Assembly: GCA_963717515.1 (NCBI GenBank)
Contig: OY970338.1
Span: forward strand, 1,236,861-1,300,860
DNA from: an uncultured Candidatus Woesearchaeota archaeon
Lineage (GTDB): Archaea > Nanobdellota > Nanobdellia > Woesearchaeales > DSVV01
DNA: 64,000 nt
Direction of reading: 5' to 3'
Below the pieces are notes generated by a model. That model did no database searches and had not been told where the DNA came from. It worked only from the letters and a program-made list of their open reading frames with translations. This document shows, piece by piece, positions 54,793 to 63,905 of the stretch. The first letter of the stretch is position 1, and each line of letters opens with the position of its first letter. A program made the position numbers and the translations under genes.

Positions 54793-55971
54793 ATGGCACA
54801 ACCAAAAGGTGAGTCAGGGAAAGTTGAAGAATTATACAGGTCATATTCATTGTTCCGGGAAGGTTCGATCAAGAGAAAAGAGTTAGCCAGGAAAATAAGG
54901 ATATTTATCGAGCGAAATCCCATACATCCTGATTCAAGCACTTTCAAGGAGTTGAAGGGGATATATGATGAAACTCTCGGCAATGGTCATCTTTTTATCA
55001 TCAAGCTCGATGTCACAAACAGGTGCAACCTGAACTGCATTTACTGCTATTCGAAAAAGGACTCAGCTGAAATGGACCGAAAACATATCTTCAGGCTCGC
55101 TGACAGCTTCAGGCATGGCAGGATAGAGCTCATGGGCGGAGAGCCAATGATAAGAAAGGATATATTTGAGATAATCAGCCATATCAAATCTAGAGGCCTC
55201 ACCTGCACTCTGTTTACAAACGGCACGCTTATATCGGCAGATGCAGCAAAAAAACTGAAAGGTTCTGAGCTTGACCATGCGATTGTCTCCCTTATCTCTG
55301 ACAAGAAGGAAGTCCATGATGAGATCACAGAAAAAAAAGGCTCCTTTGAAAAGACAGTGGACGGGATCAAGAACCTGGTTGCAGCAGGCATTAGGACTTA
55401 CGCGATAACTGTTGTGAATTCTGCAAATGTCAGGAGATTGAAAGAGATAAATGAATTTTCGAAGGGCCTCGGAGCCCGGAACCTGCATTTCAAGTACGTC
55501 CCTCGACAGAAAGATGATCCATTGATGCTGGAGAATACCGGTGAATGGGGTAGAGCCAAGAAATGGGCATTGTATGAAAAGAGCCCTGCACATGGGGATA
55601 AGATAAGGAATGTCCTTGCACTCACAGGCAGGAGCTGCCAGGGAGGATACAGTATGGTTTCAGTAAAAACAAACGGAGACGTCACTCCATGTCCATTCAT
55701 CCACCATGACCTTGTTCTGGGGAACATTAAGGATAGGGATATCAATAAGATATTCGGGGGCAGACATAAAAATCTGAAATTCAATGGGTTTTTCTCTCCT
55801 GCTAAAGAGTGCGGCAAATGCTCGATAGTGGATATCTGTGGTGGCGGATGCAAGACAGCAAATAAAGTATTGCATGGCGATTACATGAAAAAAGATGCTC
55901 TTTGCCAGGGGCCTTGGAGCACAGAGCCTGACCTTTCCAGAATATGCGAGCTTGTGCCGAGTTTCTGGTAG
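54793..55971 (+). CDS. Radical SAM/SPASM enzyme
   Basis: Contains DVTNRCNLNCIYCYS and LMGGEPM. The SPASM region is CQGGYSMVSVKTNGDVTPCPF ... CGKCSIVDICGGGCKTA. The track start 54787 is TTG, and the ATG is at 54793. Confidence 0.85.
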   Translation: MAQPKGESGKVEELYRSYSLFREGSIKRKELARKIRIFIERNPIHPDSSTFKELKGIYDETLGNGHLFIIKLDVTNRCNLNCIYCYSKKDSAEMDRKHIFRLADSFRHGRIELMGGEPMIRKDIFEIISHIKSRGLTCTLFTNGTLISADAAKKLKGSELDHAIVSLISDKKEVHDEITEKKGSFEKTVDGIKNLVAAGIRTYAITVVNSANVRRLKEINEFSKGLGARNLHFKYVPRQKDDPLMLENTGEWGRAKKWALYEKSPAHGDKIRNVLALTGRSCQGGYSMVSVKTNGDVTPCPFIHHDLVLGNIKDRDINKIFGGRHKNLKFNGFFSPAKECGKCSIVDICGGGCKTANKVLHGDYMKKDALCQGPWSTEPDLSRICELVPSFW

Positions 55972-56006
55972 AAAGGTATATAAATTTTGATTCAATCACC
56001 CTATAC

Positions 56007-57152
56007 ATGGAGTCTGCCATGATTCTTCTGGGTGAGAACAGGGGAGCGCTAAGCACTATCAGGAGTCTCGGTAAAAAAGGGATACCTGTCTATGTCGGAG
56101 GAAGCAGATTCCTTGCAAGAGCCTGTTTTTCAAGATACTGCAGGGGCAGGTTCACATATCCGTCGTTTTACTTTGGCATTGATAAGATGCATAAGGCCAT
56201 ACTAAAAAATGTAAAAAAATTCCAACCTGATGTCATCCTTCCATCCTCATATGATACAATCTACACAGTCCTTTCTCATCTGGAGGAGTATGAAAAATAT
56301 TCCAAAATCGTGCCGAATATCGGCATTGACAACCTGATGAAATTCTATAACAAGGAAACAATGATAAAGGAGGCCATGAGGGTCGGCTGCCCTGTTCCAA
56401 AGACATATTTTCCCGCGGACCTGAATGAATTAAGGAAAATTGCCGGGGAACTTCCCTACCCTGTCCTTATCAAACCCAGGTTATCGGGCGGGGGCAAAGG
56501 CATTGCAAAAGCAACTAAGAGGGAAGAATTGATGAAGGGATACCAGAAGATTACAATACAGGAGAAGACGTTCAATTTTGATCCTGAAAGACCTGTAATC
56601 CAGGAATTCATCTATGGTCAAAGGTATTCTGTGACAGGCATCTTCGACAGAGGCAGGCATAAAGGAAGCGTGGTATTCGAGAATTACAGGCATTATCCGA
56701 CATATGGCTCACCTTTGTTGAACATGACTGTGAAGAATGAAGAGGTCAGGCGGACAATTGTAACTATGTTTGAAAAACTCAAATGGCACGGCCCGTTCAA
56801 TGTGCAGTGCGCAGTTGATCCCAGGGATGGAATGACCAAGCTGTTCGAGATAAATCCCAGGCTTTGGGCATGCATTGGAAGCACGATTGCTGCAGGCCTC
56901 GATGTACCTCAGTTGGCGTACAAGATGGCGTTAGGTGAAAAAATAGAAGAGAAGAATGATTATCAGCTAAATCAGAAACACAGGTGGGTCATGTTCGGCG
57001 AGCTGTTCTATCTGTTAAGATCAAGGGACAGGCTGAAGCTTCTTAAAAATTACCACGATTTCAATAATACAGTGACAGATGTTGAATTCACTGACCCACT
57101 ACCACATCTTATCCAGCTGCTTGACCTGATAGTCAACAGGCAGGTAATTTGA
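56007..57152 (+). CDS. ATP-grasp enzyme
   Basis: Contains ILLGENRGALSTIRSLGKKGIPVYV, YPVLIKPRLSGGGKGI and FEINPRLW, the ATP-grasp signatures. The track ORF starts at 55944, overlapping the upstream gene; the ATG at 56007 is preferred. Confidence 0.75.
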   Translation: MESAMILLGENRGALSTIRSLGKKGIPVYVGGSRFLARACFSRYCRGRFTYPSFYFGIDKMHKAILKNVKKFQPDVILPSSYDTIYTVLSHLEEYEKYSKIVPNIGIDNLMKFYNKETMIKEAMRVGCPVPKTYFPADLNELRKIAGELPYPVLIKPRLSGGGKGIAKATKREELMKGYQKITIQEKTFNFDPERPVIQEFIYGQRYSVTGIFDRGRHKGSVVFENYRHYPTYGSPLLNMTVKNEEVRRTIVTMFEKLKWHGPFNVQCAVDPRDGMTKLFEINPRLWACIGSTIAAGLDVPQLAYKMALGEKIEEKNDYQLNQKHRWVMFGELFYLLRSRDRLKLLKNYHDFNNTVTDVEFTDPLPHLIQLLDLIVNRQVI

Positions 57153-57155
57153 AAA

Positions 57156-58067
57156 ATGGTGTCAAAAAAATATCCAGGACATATCATTTTTGAACTGACC
57201 AACAGGTGCAACATGCAGTGTGATATGTGTGATATCTGGAAAGAGAGCCCAAAAAGAGATTTTGACCTTAAGCTCTTTGAGGACGTCCTTAAAGATTCTG
57301 CAATGAAAAAGATCAGGAACGTCTCATTCACCGGCGGCGAGCCTTTCATGATTGCTGATCTGACCAAGTATTACCAACTCACAAGAAAACATCTGCCGAA
57401 GTCATATGTGAACATCAGTACGAACGGGTATTATACAAATAGGATTATGGAATTTTTGTCGACTACAGATAAGATGACAACACTCACTATAAGTTATGAT
57501 GGAGCCAAGTCCCATGATTCGATAAGAAAGACAAAGGGGTCAAGAAACGCTCTTCTTGAGACTACAACCCAGCTGAAAAACAGCTTTCCGGATATTGATA
57601 TCGCGCTGAAATTTACCCTCAATAAGAAAAACTATAAAGATCTTTTTGAGACTGCAAAACAGGCAGAGGAATCAGGGGTAGAATTCTATTTCAAGCAACA
57701 GGAATCATTGAATTGTCACCAGACCAGATCCGAAAATAAAGTTGATTTTGCCTTGAAGGATATGGATACAGAATCAGTCAATCTGCAATTGAGGCAGATC
57801 CTGAAAAGCAGGATGCCAGGCAATAAGAGATACATGAAAAAGTTCATCAGCAAAAGCAGGAAGAACAGGAAAACCTGCAATTGGCCGAAAAACAAGGCGT
57901 TCGTAGGCCTTGATGGGAAAGTCTGGCTATGCAGGAAAAAAGAATGCATCGGGAACATATCAGAAAATCACATGGCGGAGATATGGCGGTCAGAAAAAAA
58001 GGATTCAGTCATCAGACAGATGACAGAATGTAAAAATACTGGCTGTCTCAGCTTTTCGATAAGATAA
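57156..58067 (+). CDS. Radical SAM enzyme with partial SPASM/twitch-like C-terminus
   Basis: Contains ELTNRCNMQCDMCDIW and FTGGEPF. The C-terminal Cys pattern is CNWPKNKAFVGLDGKVWLCRKKEC...CKNTGC. Confidence 0.8.
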   Translation: MVSKKYPGHIIFELTNRCNMQCDMCDIWKESPKRDFDLKLFEDVLKDSAMKKIRNVSFTGGEPFMIADLTKYYQLTRKHLPKSYVNISTNGYYTNRIMEFLSTTDKMTTLTISYDGAKSHDSIRKTKGSRNALLETTTQLKNSFPDIDIALKFTLNKKNYKDLFETAKQAEESGVEFYFKQQESLNCHQTRSENKVDFALKDMDTESVNLQLRQILKSRMPGNKRYMKKFISKSRKNRKTCNWPKNKAFVGLDGKVWLCRKKECIGNISENHMAEIWRSEKKDSVIRQMTECKNTGCLSFSIR

Positions 58068-58069
58068 AA

Positions 58070-59464
58070 ATGGCAGAAGTATTGCTTATCCAGCCTTCGG
58101 TGTCTTACGATGAGAAGGCCAACCGGTCGAATATAAGGCCCCCTCTCGGAATACTTAACCTGGCTGCGCCGCTTGTTGAAATGGGTTATAAAGTTAGGAT
58201 TCTTGACCAGAGAGTCGTGGATGACTGGAAGAGAGAACTGCTGCAGGAATTAAGAAAAGGGCCGATTTGTGCGGGAATCAGCTGCATGAGCGGGAACCAG
58301 ATAAGATTCGCGCTGGAACTGAGCAGGTTCATTAAGAAACATTCAGAAATCCCTGTTGTTTGGGGCGGGGTGCATCCCACACTCGAACCTGTTTCGACAA
58401 TATCCTGCGAGGATATTGATATTGCGGTTATCGGCGAGGGGGATTATGTTTTTCCTGATATAGTCAGGGCATTGGATGACAGGGAAGATCTGAGTAAAAT
58501 CAGAGGAATTGCCTACAAGACACACGGAAAAATCAGGAAGACAGGACCCTCTCCAAAAATCGTTCTTGACAACCTTCCGAGGCTACCTTTCGAACTGATT
58601 GATTTTCAGGATTACAGGCAAAAGAACACTTTCTTCGGATTTGAGAGCGACATGATCGCTCCTCTTGAGACAAGCAGGGGCTGTTCGCACAGGTGCAGCT
58701 TCTGCTTCCAGTCAAAGCAGCCGACAGGATGGAGAGGGCAGAGCGTTGGCAGGATGATTGAGGATATAAGAAATGTGGTCGATAGATACAAGATAAATTC
58801 ATTCACGTTCAATGATGACAATTTCTTTGTCGATATGAAGAGGATTGAAGATTTTTCAAGCAAATTGAAATTAGAGAGGCTTGATATCGAATGGTACACA
58901 AGCATCAGGCCTGAAGTTGTAAGCAGAATAAATTTTTTTAATGACCTGAAAAATATCGGATTGAAATCATTGACAATAGGAATTGAATCCGGCTCTGAGA
59001 AGATATTGAAGATGATAAGAAAAGGCGCAGGAGTCCCTGATTTTCTGCAGGCAAACAGGATTCTGAAAAAGGAAGGGATATTGCCCCTGTACTGTGCAAT
59101 ACAGGGATTTCCATATGAAAATCTTGAAGATATAAAAAAAACATATGGGTTAGTGGTGAAATTGATCAGAGAAAACAGGAAATGCAGGGTGAGCCTGTTG
59201 AAACTTATTCCTACTCCGTCAACAGAGATCCTTAATATGTGCGTCAGTAAAGGCTTCAACAAACCGGAGACGCTTGAAGAATGGTCAAAGGTCATTGATA
59301 CTCATTATAAAAAATCAGCCCCTTGGGTCGATGATGAGGTTGAGGAGTGGATTAACCGGAGCAGGTTTTTCAATAAGTTCCTTGCGATGAGGAATGAGGG
59401 GACCTTACTGTCCGGAATTGCATATAGTATCTCTGCGGCACTCCTGAAACAGGGTATTGGGTGA
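58070..59464 (+). CDS. B12-binding radical SAM enzyme
   Basis: N-terminus EVLLIQPS...PPLGILNLAAPL, rSAM SRGCSHRCSFCFQS and AIQGFPYENLED. Confidence 0.85.
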   Translation: MAEVLLIQPSVSYDEKANRSNIRPPLGILNLAAPLVEMGYKVRILDQRVVDDWKRELLQELRKGPICAGISCMSGNQIRFALELSRFIKKHSEIPVVWGGVHPTLEPVSTISCEDIDIAVIGEGDYVFPDIVRALDDREDLSKIRGIAYKTHGKIRKTGPSPKIVLDNLPRLPFELIDFQDYRQKNTFFGFESDMIAPLETSRGCSHRCSFCFQSKQPTGWRGQSVGRMIEDIRNVVDRYKINSFTFNDDNFFVDMKRIEDFSSKLKLERLDIEWYTSIRPEVVSRINFFNDLKNIGLKSLTIGIESGSEKILKMIRKGAGVPDFLQANRILKKEGILPLYCAIQGFPYENLEDIKKTYGLVVKLIRENRKCRVSLLKLIPTPSTEILNMCVSKGFNKPETLEEWSKVIDTHYKKSAPWVDDEVEEWINRSRFFNKFLAMRNEGTLLSGIAYSISAALLKQGIG

Positions 59465-59470
59465 AATATT

Positions 59471-60574
59471 TCATCTGAAGAATTTTTTTATGCTGGAGAT
59501 TACATGCTGAACTTCGTCTTCTGAGAGGAACGGGTTGACAGGGATTGAAAGGACGCTTTCTGATGCCTTTTCGCTGACAGGAAAATCTCCGTTCCTGTAT
59601 CCGAGGTCCTTATAGGTATTTGTCAGGTGGACAGGGGTTGGGTAATGTACACCTGTTTCAATATTCTTTTTGCCGAGGAACTTCCTGAGCTTGTCCCTCC
59701 TGTCAGTCCTTATCACAAAATTCCTGAAGACATGATAGGTTTTTTTGTCGATGCCTGGCAACATCAATGGCAATCCTTCAAGCTCTTCCGAAAATATCTT
59801 TGCAATCTCTCTCCTTCTTTCAGTCCAGTCACTCAGGTATCTCATCCTGCATTTGATGAAAGCTATCTGGACCCAATCAAGATATGCGGGAGTCCTGAGG
59901 CTTTTGAGGAGCAAAGGGTCATTAGATGTAGGATTTCTCAAGGTTTCGATCTTTTTGCTTAGTCCCCTGTTTTTTAGAATGGCCATTCCCCCGTTGCTTA
60001 TTCCGCCGAGTCCTTTGTTCGGGAAGAAGCTATAGCATGCTGAATCAGAGTATGTTCCCGGAAGTTTCCCGTTATATCTTGCTATATGCGCCTGGCAGGC
60101 GTCCTCGACAGTAAAGAGATTATGTTTTTCTGCGATTTTATTGATCTTTTTCATGTCTGCCATCTGGCCGTAGAGATGCACAGGCATGATTGCTCTTGTC
60201 TTATCCGTGATGCTGTCCTCAATTTTCTCATTATCGATAAGCATCGTATTATCATTGACGTCGACAAGAACAGGTTTTGCGCCTGTATTCGAAATGGAGA
60301 GGAGTGTGGCAATGTATGTATTTGGGACTGTAATCACCTCATCACCTTTACCTATACCAAGGCATGCAAGAGAGAACTGGAGTGCAGCAGTGCCGCTTGA
60401 AAGACCTATTGCATGGCCTCTTCCAAGGATTCTGCCTATCTTTTTCTCGTTTTTATACTGGTAGCTGAAAAGATCGGGGTCTGAATCAAGAGAAAGGACC
60501 TTGCCTAGTTCATTCCTGATATCTGTTTCCAGAAACTTATTCTGTCTTTTGTAATTGTTGAATGATACAATCAT
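59471..60574 (-). CDS. DegT/DnrJ/EryC1/StrS-family PLP-dependent aminotransferase
   Basis: 367 aa with GDEVITVPNTYIAT, TVEDACQAH and YSFFPNKGLGGISNGGMA (PLP lysine context). Confidence 0.8.
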   Translation of the reverse strand: MIVSFNNYKRQNKFLETDIRNELGKVLSLDSDPDLFSYQYKNEKKIGRILGRGHAIGLSSGTAALQFSLACLGIGKGDEVITVPNTYIATLLSISNTGAKPVLVDVNDNTMLIDNEKIEDSITDKTRAIMPVHLYGQMADMKKINKIAEKHNLFTVEDACQAHIARYNGKLPGTYSDSACYSFFPNKGLGGISNGGMAILKNRGLSKKIETLRNPTSNDPLLLKSLRTPAYLDWVQIAFIKCRMRYLSDWTERRREIAKIFSEELEGLPLMLPGIDKKTYHVFRNFVIRTDRRDKLRKFLGKKNIETGVHYPTPVHLTNTYKDLGYRNGDFPVSEKASESVLSIPVNPFLSEDEVQHVISSIKKFFR

Positions 60575-60683
60575 CTTTCCATCCTGATTTTTAATTATAA
60601 AAGTTTAAATAGGCCAATGGCATTGCATACAATGAAATCATATCAAATATATAATTATTCCTGCCAGGATTGGGTGCTATGGC

Positions 60684-61727
60684 ATGAACAGAATCCAAAA
60701 AACACAATACAGGCTGAACTATATCAAAAAGCAGACATTGGGACGCCTGGTTGATACTCCAAAGCCGCATGCAATAATCCTATCAGTAACATCGAAATGC
60801 AATCTAAGATGCAGACACTGCAGCATTTGGAAAAATAAGGAGCGCAGCCTGCCTGAAAAAGATGCTGAGAAAATAATACTGGGTCTCAGGGAATGGACAG
60901 GACCTTATCACCTGACGATAAGCGGCGGCGAACCATTGCTTAAGAAAGACCTGGCTGCACTCGTTAAGCTTGCCTCTGATAATGGAATCCAGACAGCTTT
61001 ATCTACAAATGGAGTGCTATTGACCAGGGAAATCCAGGATGAAATCTTCGATGCAGGCCTTGACCTGGTTCTTGTCTCGCTTGACAGCACTAGGCAGGAA
61101 GTCCATGACAAAATCAGGGGAGCTCCGGGAACTTTCGAATCTCTCATACGTAATATTGAAAATTCAGATTATAGCTCCAGGATTGTTATCCAGACGGTGA
61201 TATTCAAAGATAATCCTGAAAATATCCCTGAGTTGGTCGAATGGGTCAGGAAGATGGGATTTTTGGGCATTGAATTCCAGGCATTGGTCCCAACATTCGG
61301 TGAGAATGTTGACATGGAAAAATGGTACAGGCAAAGCGACCTGTGGCCTGATGATGCAAATAAAATCAACAATCTCATTGACAAGCTGGTCAAGATGAAA
61401 AACTCGGGCTATCCTGTTTTGAATTCCCGGGCCCAGTTGGAAATGTTTAGGCAGTATTTTATGGATCCGCTAAGCAAAGTCGCTGGCAGGACATGCGCAA
61501 TAGGGACAGGCACATGCCAGATTACAGCTGACGGGAAAATTGTCCTGTGCAACTATAAATATGCTGTCAATGACTGGTCCGAGGAAGGACTGAATTATTT
61601 ATGGGGGACAGGAAAGTTCAGCTCAGCAATTGAAGATATAAGGAAATGTAATAAGCCCTGCCTATTGCTGAACTGTTATTATAATGAAGGTGTCCTGTCA
61701 GGATTGCTCAACCGATTTAGGGGGTAA
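60684..61727 (+). CDS. Radical SAM/SPASM enzyme
   Basis: Contains VTSKCNLRCRHCSIW and ISGGEPLL. The C-terminal Cys pattern is CAIGTGTCQITADGKIVLCNY ... CNKPCLLLNC. Confidence 0.85.
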   Translation: MNRIQKTQYRLNYIKKQTLGRLVDTPKPHAIILSVTSKCNLRCRHCSIWKNKERSLPEKDAEKIILGLREWTGPYHLTISGGEPLLKKDLAALVKLASDNGIQTALSTNGVLLTREIQDEIFDAGLDLVLVSLDSTRQEVHDKIRGAPGTFESLIRNIENSDYSSRIVIQTVIFKDNPENIPELVEWVRKMGFLGIEFQALVPTFGENVDMEKWYRQSDLWPDDANKINNLIDKLVKMKNSGYPVLNSRAQLEMFRQYFMDPLSKVAGRTCAIGTGTCQITADGKIVLCNYKYAVNDWSEEGLNYLWGTGKFSSAIEDIRKCNKPCLLLNCYYNEGVLSGLLNRFRG

Positions 61728-61729
61728 CA

Positions 61730-63001
61730 TCAATAATACATTATCCTTGAGTCCCCATTATTCTTCTGGATATCCTGCAGGATATTGACGCGCCTTGTCT
61801 TTTCTGTCCTGCTGATCTTGTCTTTAAACTTTGATGCTTTGGTATCCTTCCTGTCGCTGTACGTGTTGATGAACACCCCTGAGAATATTGTCTCTTCAAG
61901 CAACCTGGCACTTTTCAGGAAGTCTTCCTCGGTCTCGCCTGGAAATCCTGCGATTATAGCAGTCCAGAACTTTATTTTTGGAGCTGCATCCTTAATTTTT
62001 TCCAGGCATTCTTTTACATCTTCAATCCTGTATCCACGGTTCATCTTCTTCAGGATCCTGTTGCTACCTGACTGGATAGGAACATGCATCTTCCTGATCC
62101 TGTCTGGGTATTTTCTCAACAATTCAAGTATTGCCTGGAAATGCTTGATAAGGCCTTCAGGATTAAGGGAGCCGATGGAGATATTATAGCTGCCTTCCTG
62201 CTCGAGCAGTCTTTTTAGAAGTTCAGCAATATTTGTGTCGATGTCTGAGCCATAGTAGGCTGTGTCGTCGCCACAAACTACAAAATCACGATATCCGGCT
62301 TTATAGGCTGAGTTGAAATCCTTGATAATGTCATCGATCTGTCTGCTTTTGACATCTCCTATGGCCGTGTGTTCGATGCAGTAGCTGCACATCCCTGGAC
62401 AGCCGACAGAAACTTTGAGATAATGCACGTTTTCCTGTCCAGTTTCAGGTGTTGAATAATAACTGCCTATGAACCTCAGGATTTTAGGTATACTCAGTTT
62501 TTGAAGAAATTTCCTAATGCTCAGTATGTCTGCCCTTGCATTGAAGTAAAAAACATGGATCTCTCTATTAAGGGCATTCCTGAAAGCAATATCCCCTTCC
62601 AACGGAAAATTCACAAAACCGGCCGGTTCTGGAAATGAAGCTATATGTTTATCAGCGGATATAAGTTCATCAAACTTTTCCAGCTCTCTTGGCGATATTG
62701 GACTGACATCATCCCATCCTTTATTGAATTCCGGTTTTATTTTCGGCAGGCATCCGATAACGATTATCCTTGTTTTCTTGCCTTTCCTTGAATGATAATA
62801 TTTTATGGTGCGTTCGGCAATGTCCTGCGGCTCTTCTCCGTTTGCACAGGTATTGATGATTAACATATCTGCCTTTTTGAAATCTTCAGTCTTTTCAAGG
62901 CCATTTGCCTGGAGATAATCATTGATCTTCATGGCCTCGACATTTCTTGGGACACAGCCGATTGCAGAACAGATATAATATGATTTCATTTTGGAAGACA
63001 T
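61730..63001 (-). CDS. MiaB/RimO-like methylthiotransferase-family rSAM without a recognisable TRAM domain
   Basis: UPF0004-type N-domain (YYICSAIGCVPRNVEAMKINDYL...ADMLIINTCA) and rSAM SVGCPGMCSYCIEH. The track ORF extends to 63139, but the ATG at 63001 leaves a TATA-containing divergent gap. Confidence 0.7.
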   Translation of the reverse strand: MSSKMKSYYICSAIGCVPRNVEAMKINDYLQANGLEKTEDFKKADMLIINTCANGEEPQDIAERTIKYYHSRKGKKTRIIVIGCLPKIKPEFNKGWDDVSPISPRELEKFDELISADKHIASFPEPAGFVNFPLEGDIAFRNALNREIHVFYFNARADILSIRKFLQKLSIPKILRFIGSYYSTPETGQENVHYLKVSVGCPGMCSYCIEHTAIGDVKSRQIDDIIKDFNSAYKAGYRDFVVCGDDTAYYGSDIDTNIAELLKRLLEQEGSYNISIGSLNPEGLIKHFQAILELLRKYPDRIRKMHVPIQSGSNRILKKMNRGYRIEDVKECLEKIKDAAPKIKFWTAIIAGFPGETEEDFLKSARLLEETIFSGVFINTYSDRKDTKASKFKDKISRTEKTRRVNILQDIQKNNGDSRIMYY

Positions 63002-63071
63002 GTTGTTTATCCAATCAAGTATCCAAGGGGATATAAATAAGTTTTTATATACCAGATGGTTAAGATGATGC
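63002..63071. promoter_or_regulatory. Bidirectional TATA-containing intergenic region
   Basis: ATATAAATAA (63031-63040) and TTTTTATATA (63042-63051) each lie 21-39 nt from the divergent ATGs at 63001 and 63072. This suggests near-leaderless transcripts. Confidence 0.3.
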
Positions 63072-63905
63072 ATGAGAAAACCTAGTGTCAGTGTTATAAT
63101 ACCTGCACTCAATGCTGAAAAGACAATATCATCCTGCATTGCTTCGGTTCTTGATCAGGATTATCCGCATGATAAATATGAGATAATCGCGGTTGATAAC
63201 GGCTCGACAGACAGGACAATGGAATTGTTGAAAGGTTTTGATGACAGAATCAGTATCTTCTGCGAACCAATCATCGGCTCTTATAATGCAAGGAACAGGG
63301 GCATCAGGGATGCAGATGGTGATTTTCTGCTGTTCATTGATTCAGACTGCCATGCTGAGAAAGACTGGATCAGCCATATGGTAAGGCCGTTTGAAAACAG
63401 GGATATCAGGATAGTCAGCGGAAAAATTAGGGCAGCGTCAAGAAAAAAAATTGTCCAGAAATACTGCGACCTCTTCTGCCATGACCAGGCAGCCTATTTT
63501 AGGATTAACATGGCAGCGACTTCCAATATGGCTGTGAGAAGAAATGATATGCTGTCTGCAGGCATGTTCAACGGGAAACTCTTATCAGGGGGGGATTTTG
63601 AGCTGTGCAGGAGGGTCATAAGAAAATCGGGAGAACTGCATTATGAAAAGGAAGCTGTTGTCCATCATCATTATCCTGGTTCAATATTAAATCTGTTAAA
63701 AAAATGTTTCACATACGGGAAGTGGAATGTAATCATCAACAGCAAGCAGGGATTCAGGGCAGACGCAATCAGTTACAGAAGAATTTCCAGGCACGGACTT
63801 GATTTTTTATTGATCCGGTTCTGCCAGGACATGTCGTTTAAGGCAGGCCTTATTGCAGGCAGGGTCAGCCTGAAATGGAATAAATTCAATCAATCACGAA
63901 CCTGA
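63072..63905 (+). CDS. GT2-family (GT-A) glycosyltransferase
   Basis: Contains VSVIIPALNAEKTI, AVDNGSTDRT and FIDSDC (DxD-type). Confidence 0.8.
   Translation: MRKPSVSVIIPALNAEKTISSCIASVLDQDYPHDKYEIIAVDNGSTDRTMELLKGFDDRISIFCEPIIGSYNARNRGIRDADGDFLLFIDSDCHAEKDWISHMVRPFENRDIRIVSGKIRAASRKKIVQKYCDLFCHDQAAYFRINMAATSNMAVRRNDMLSAGMFNGKLLSGGDFELCRRVIRKSGELHYEKEAVVHHHYPGSILNLLKKCFTYGKWNVIINSKQGFRADAISYRRISRHGLDFLLIRFCQDMSFKAGLIAGRVSLKWNKFNQSRT

Noticed and set aside
55047-56056. A stack of minus-strand ORFs opposite the 54793 SPASM rSAM gene: 55047..55391, 55063..55593, 55398..55853, 55660..55995 and 55802..56056.
   Set aside because: They are antisense to a gene with clear rSAM and SPASM motifs, they overlap one another, and they carry no motifs.
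58612-59295. A 227-aa minus-strand ORF opposite the 58070 B12-rSAM gene.
   Set aside because: It is an antisense shadow with an F/I/L/S-rich product, and the plus-strand frame has definitive motifs.
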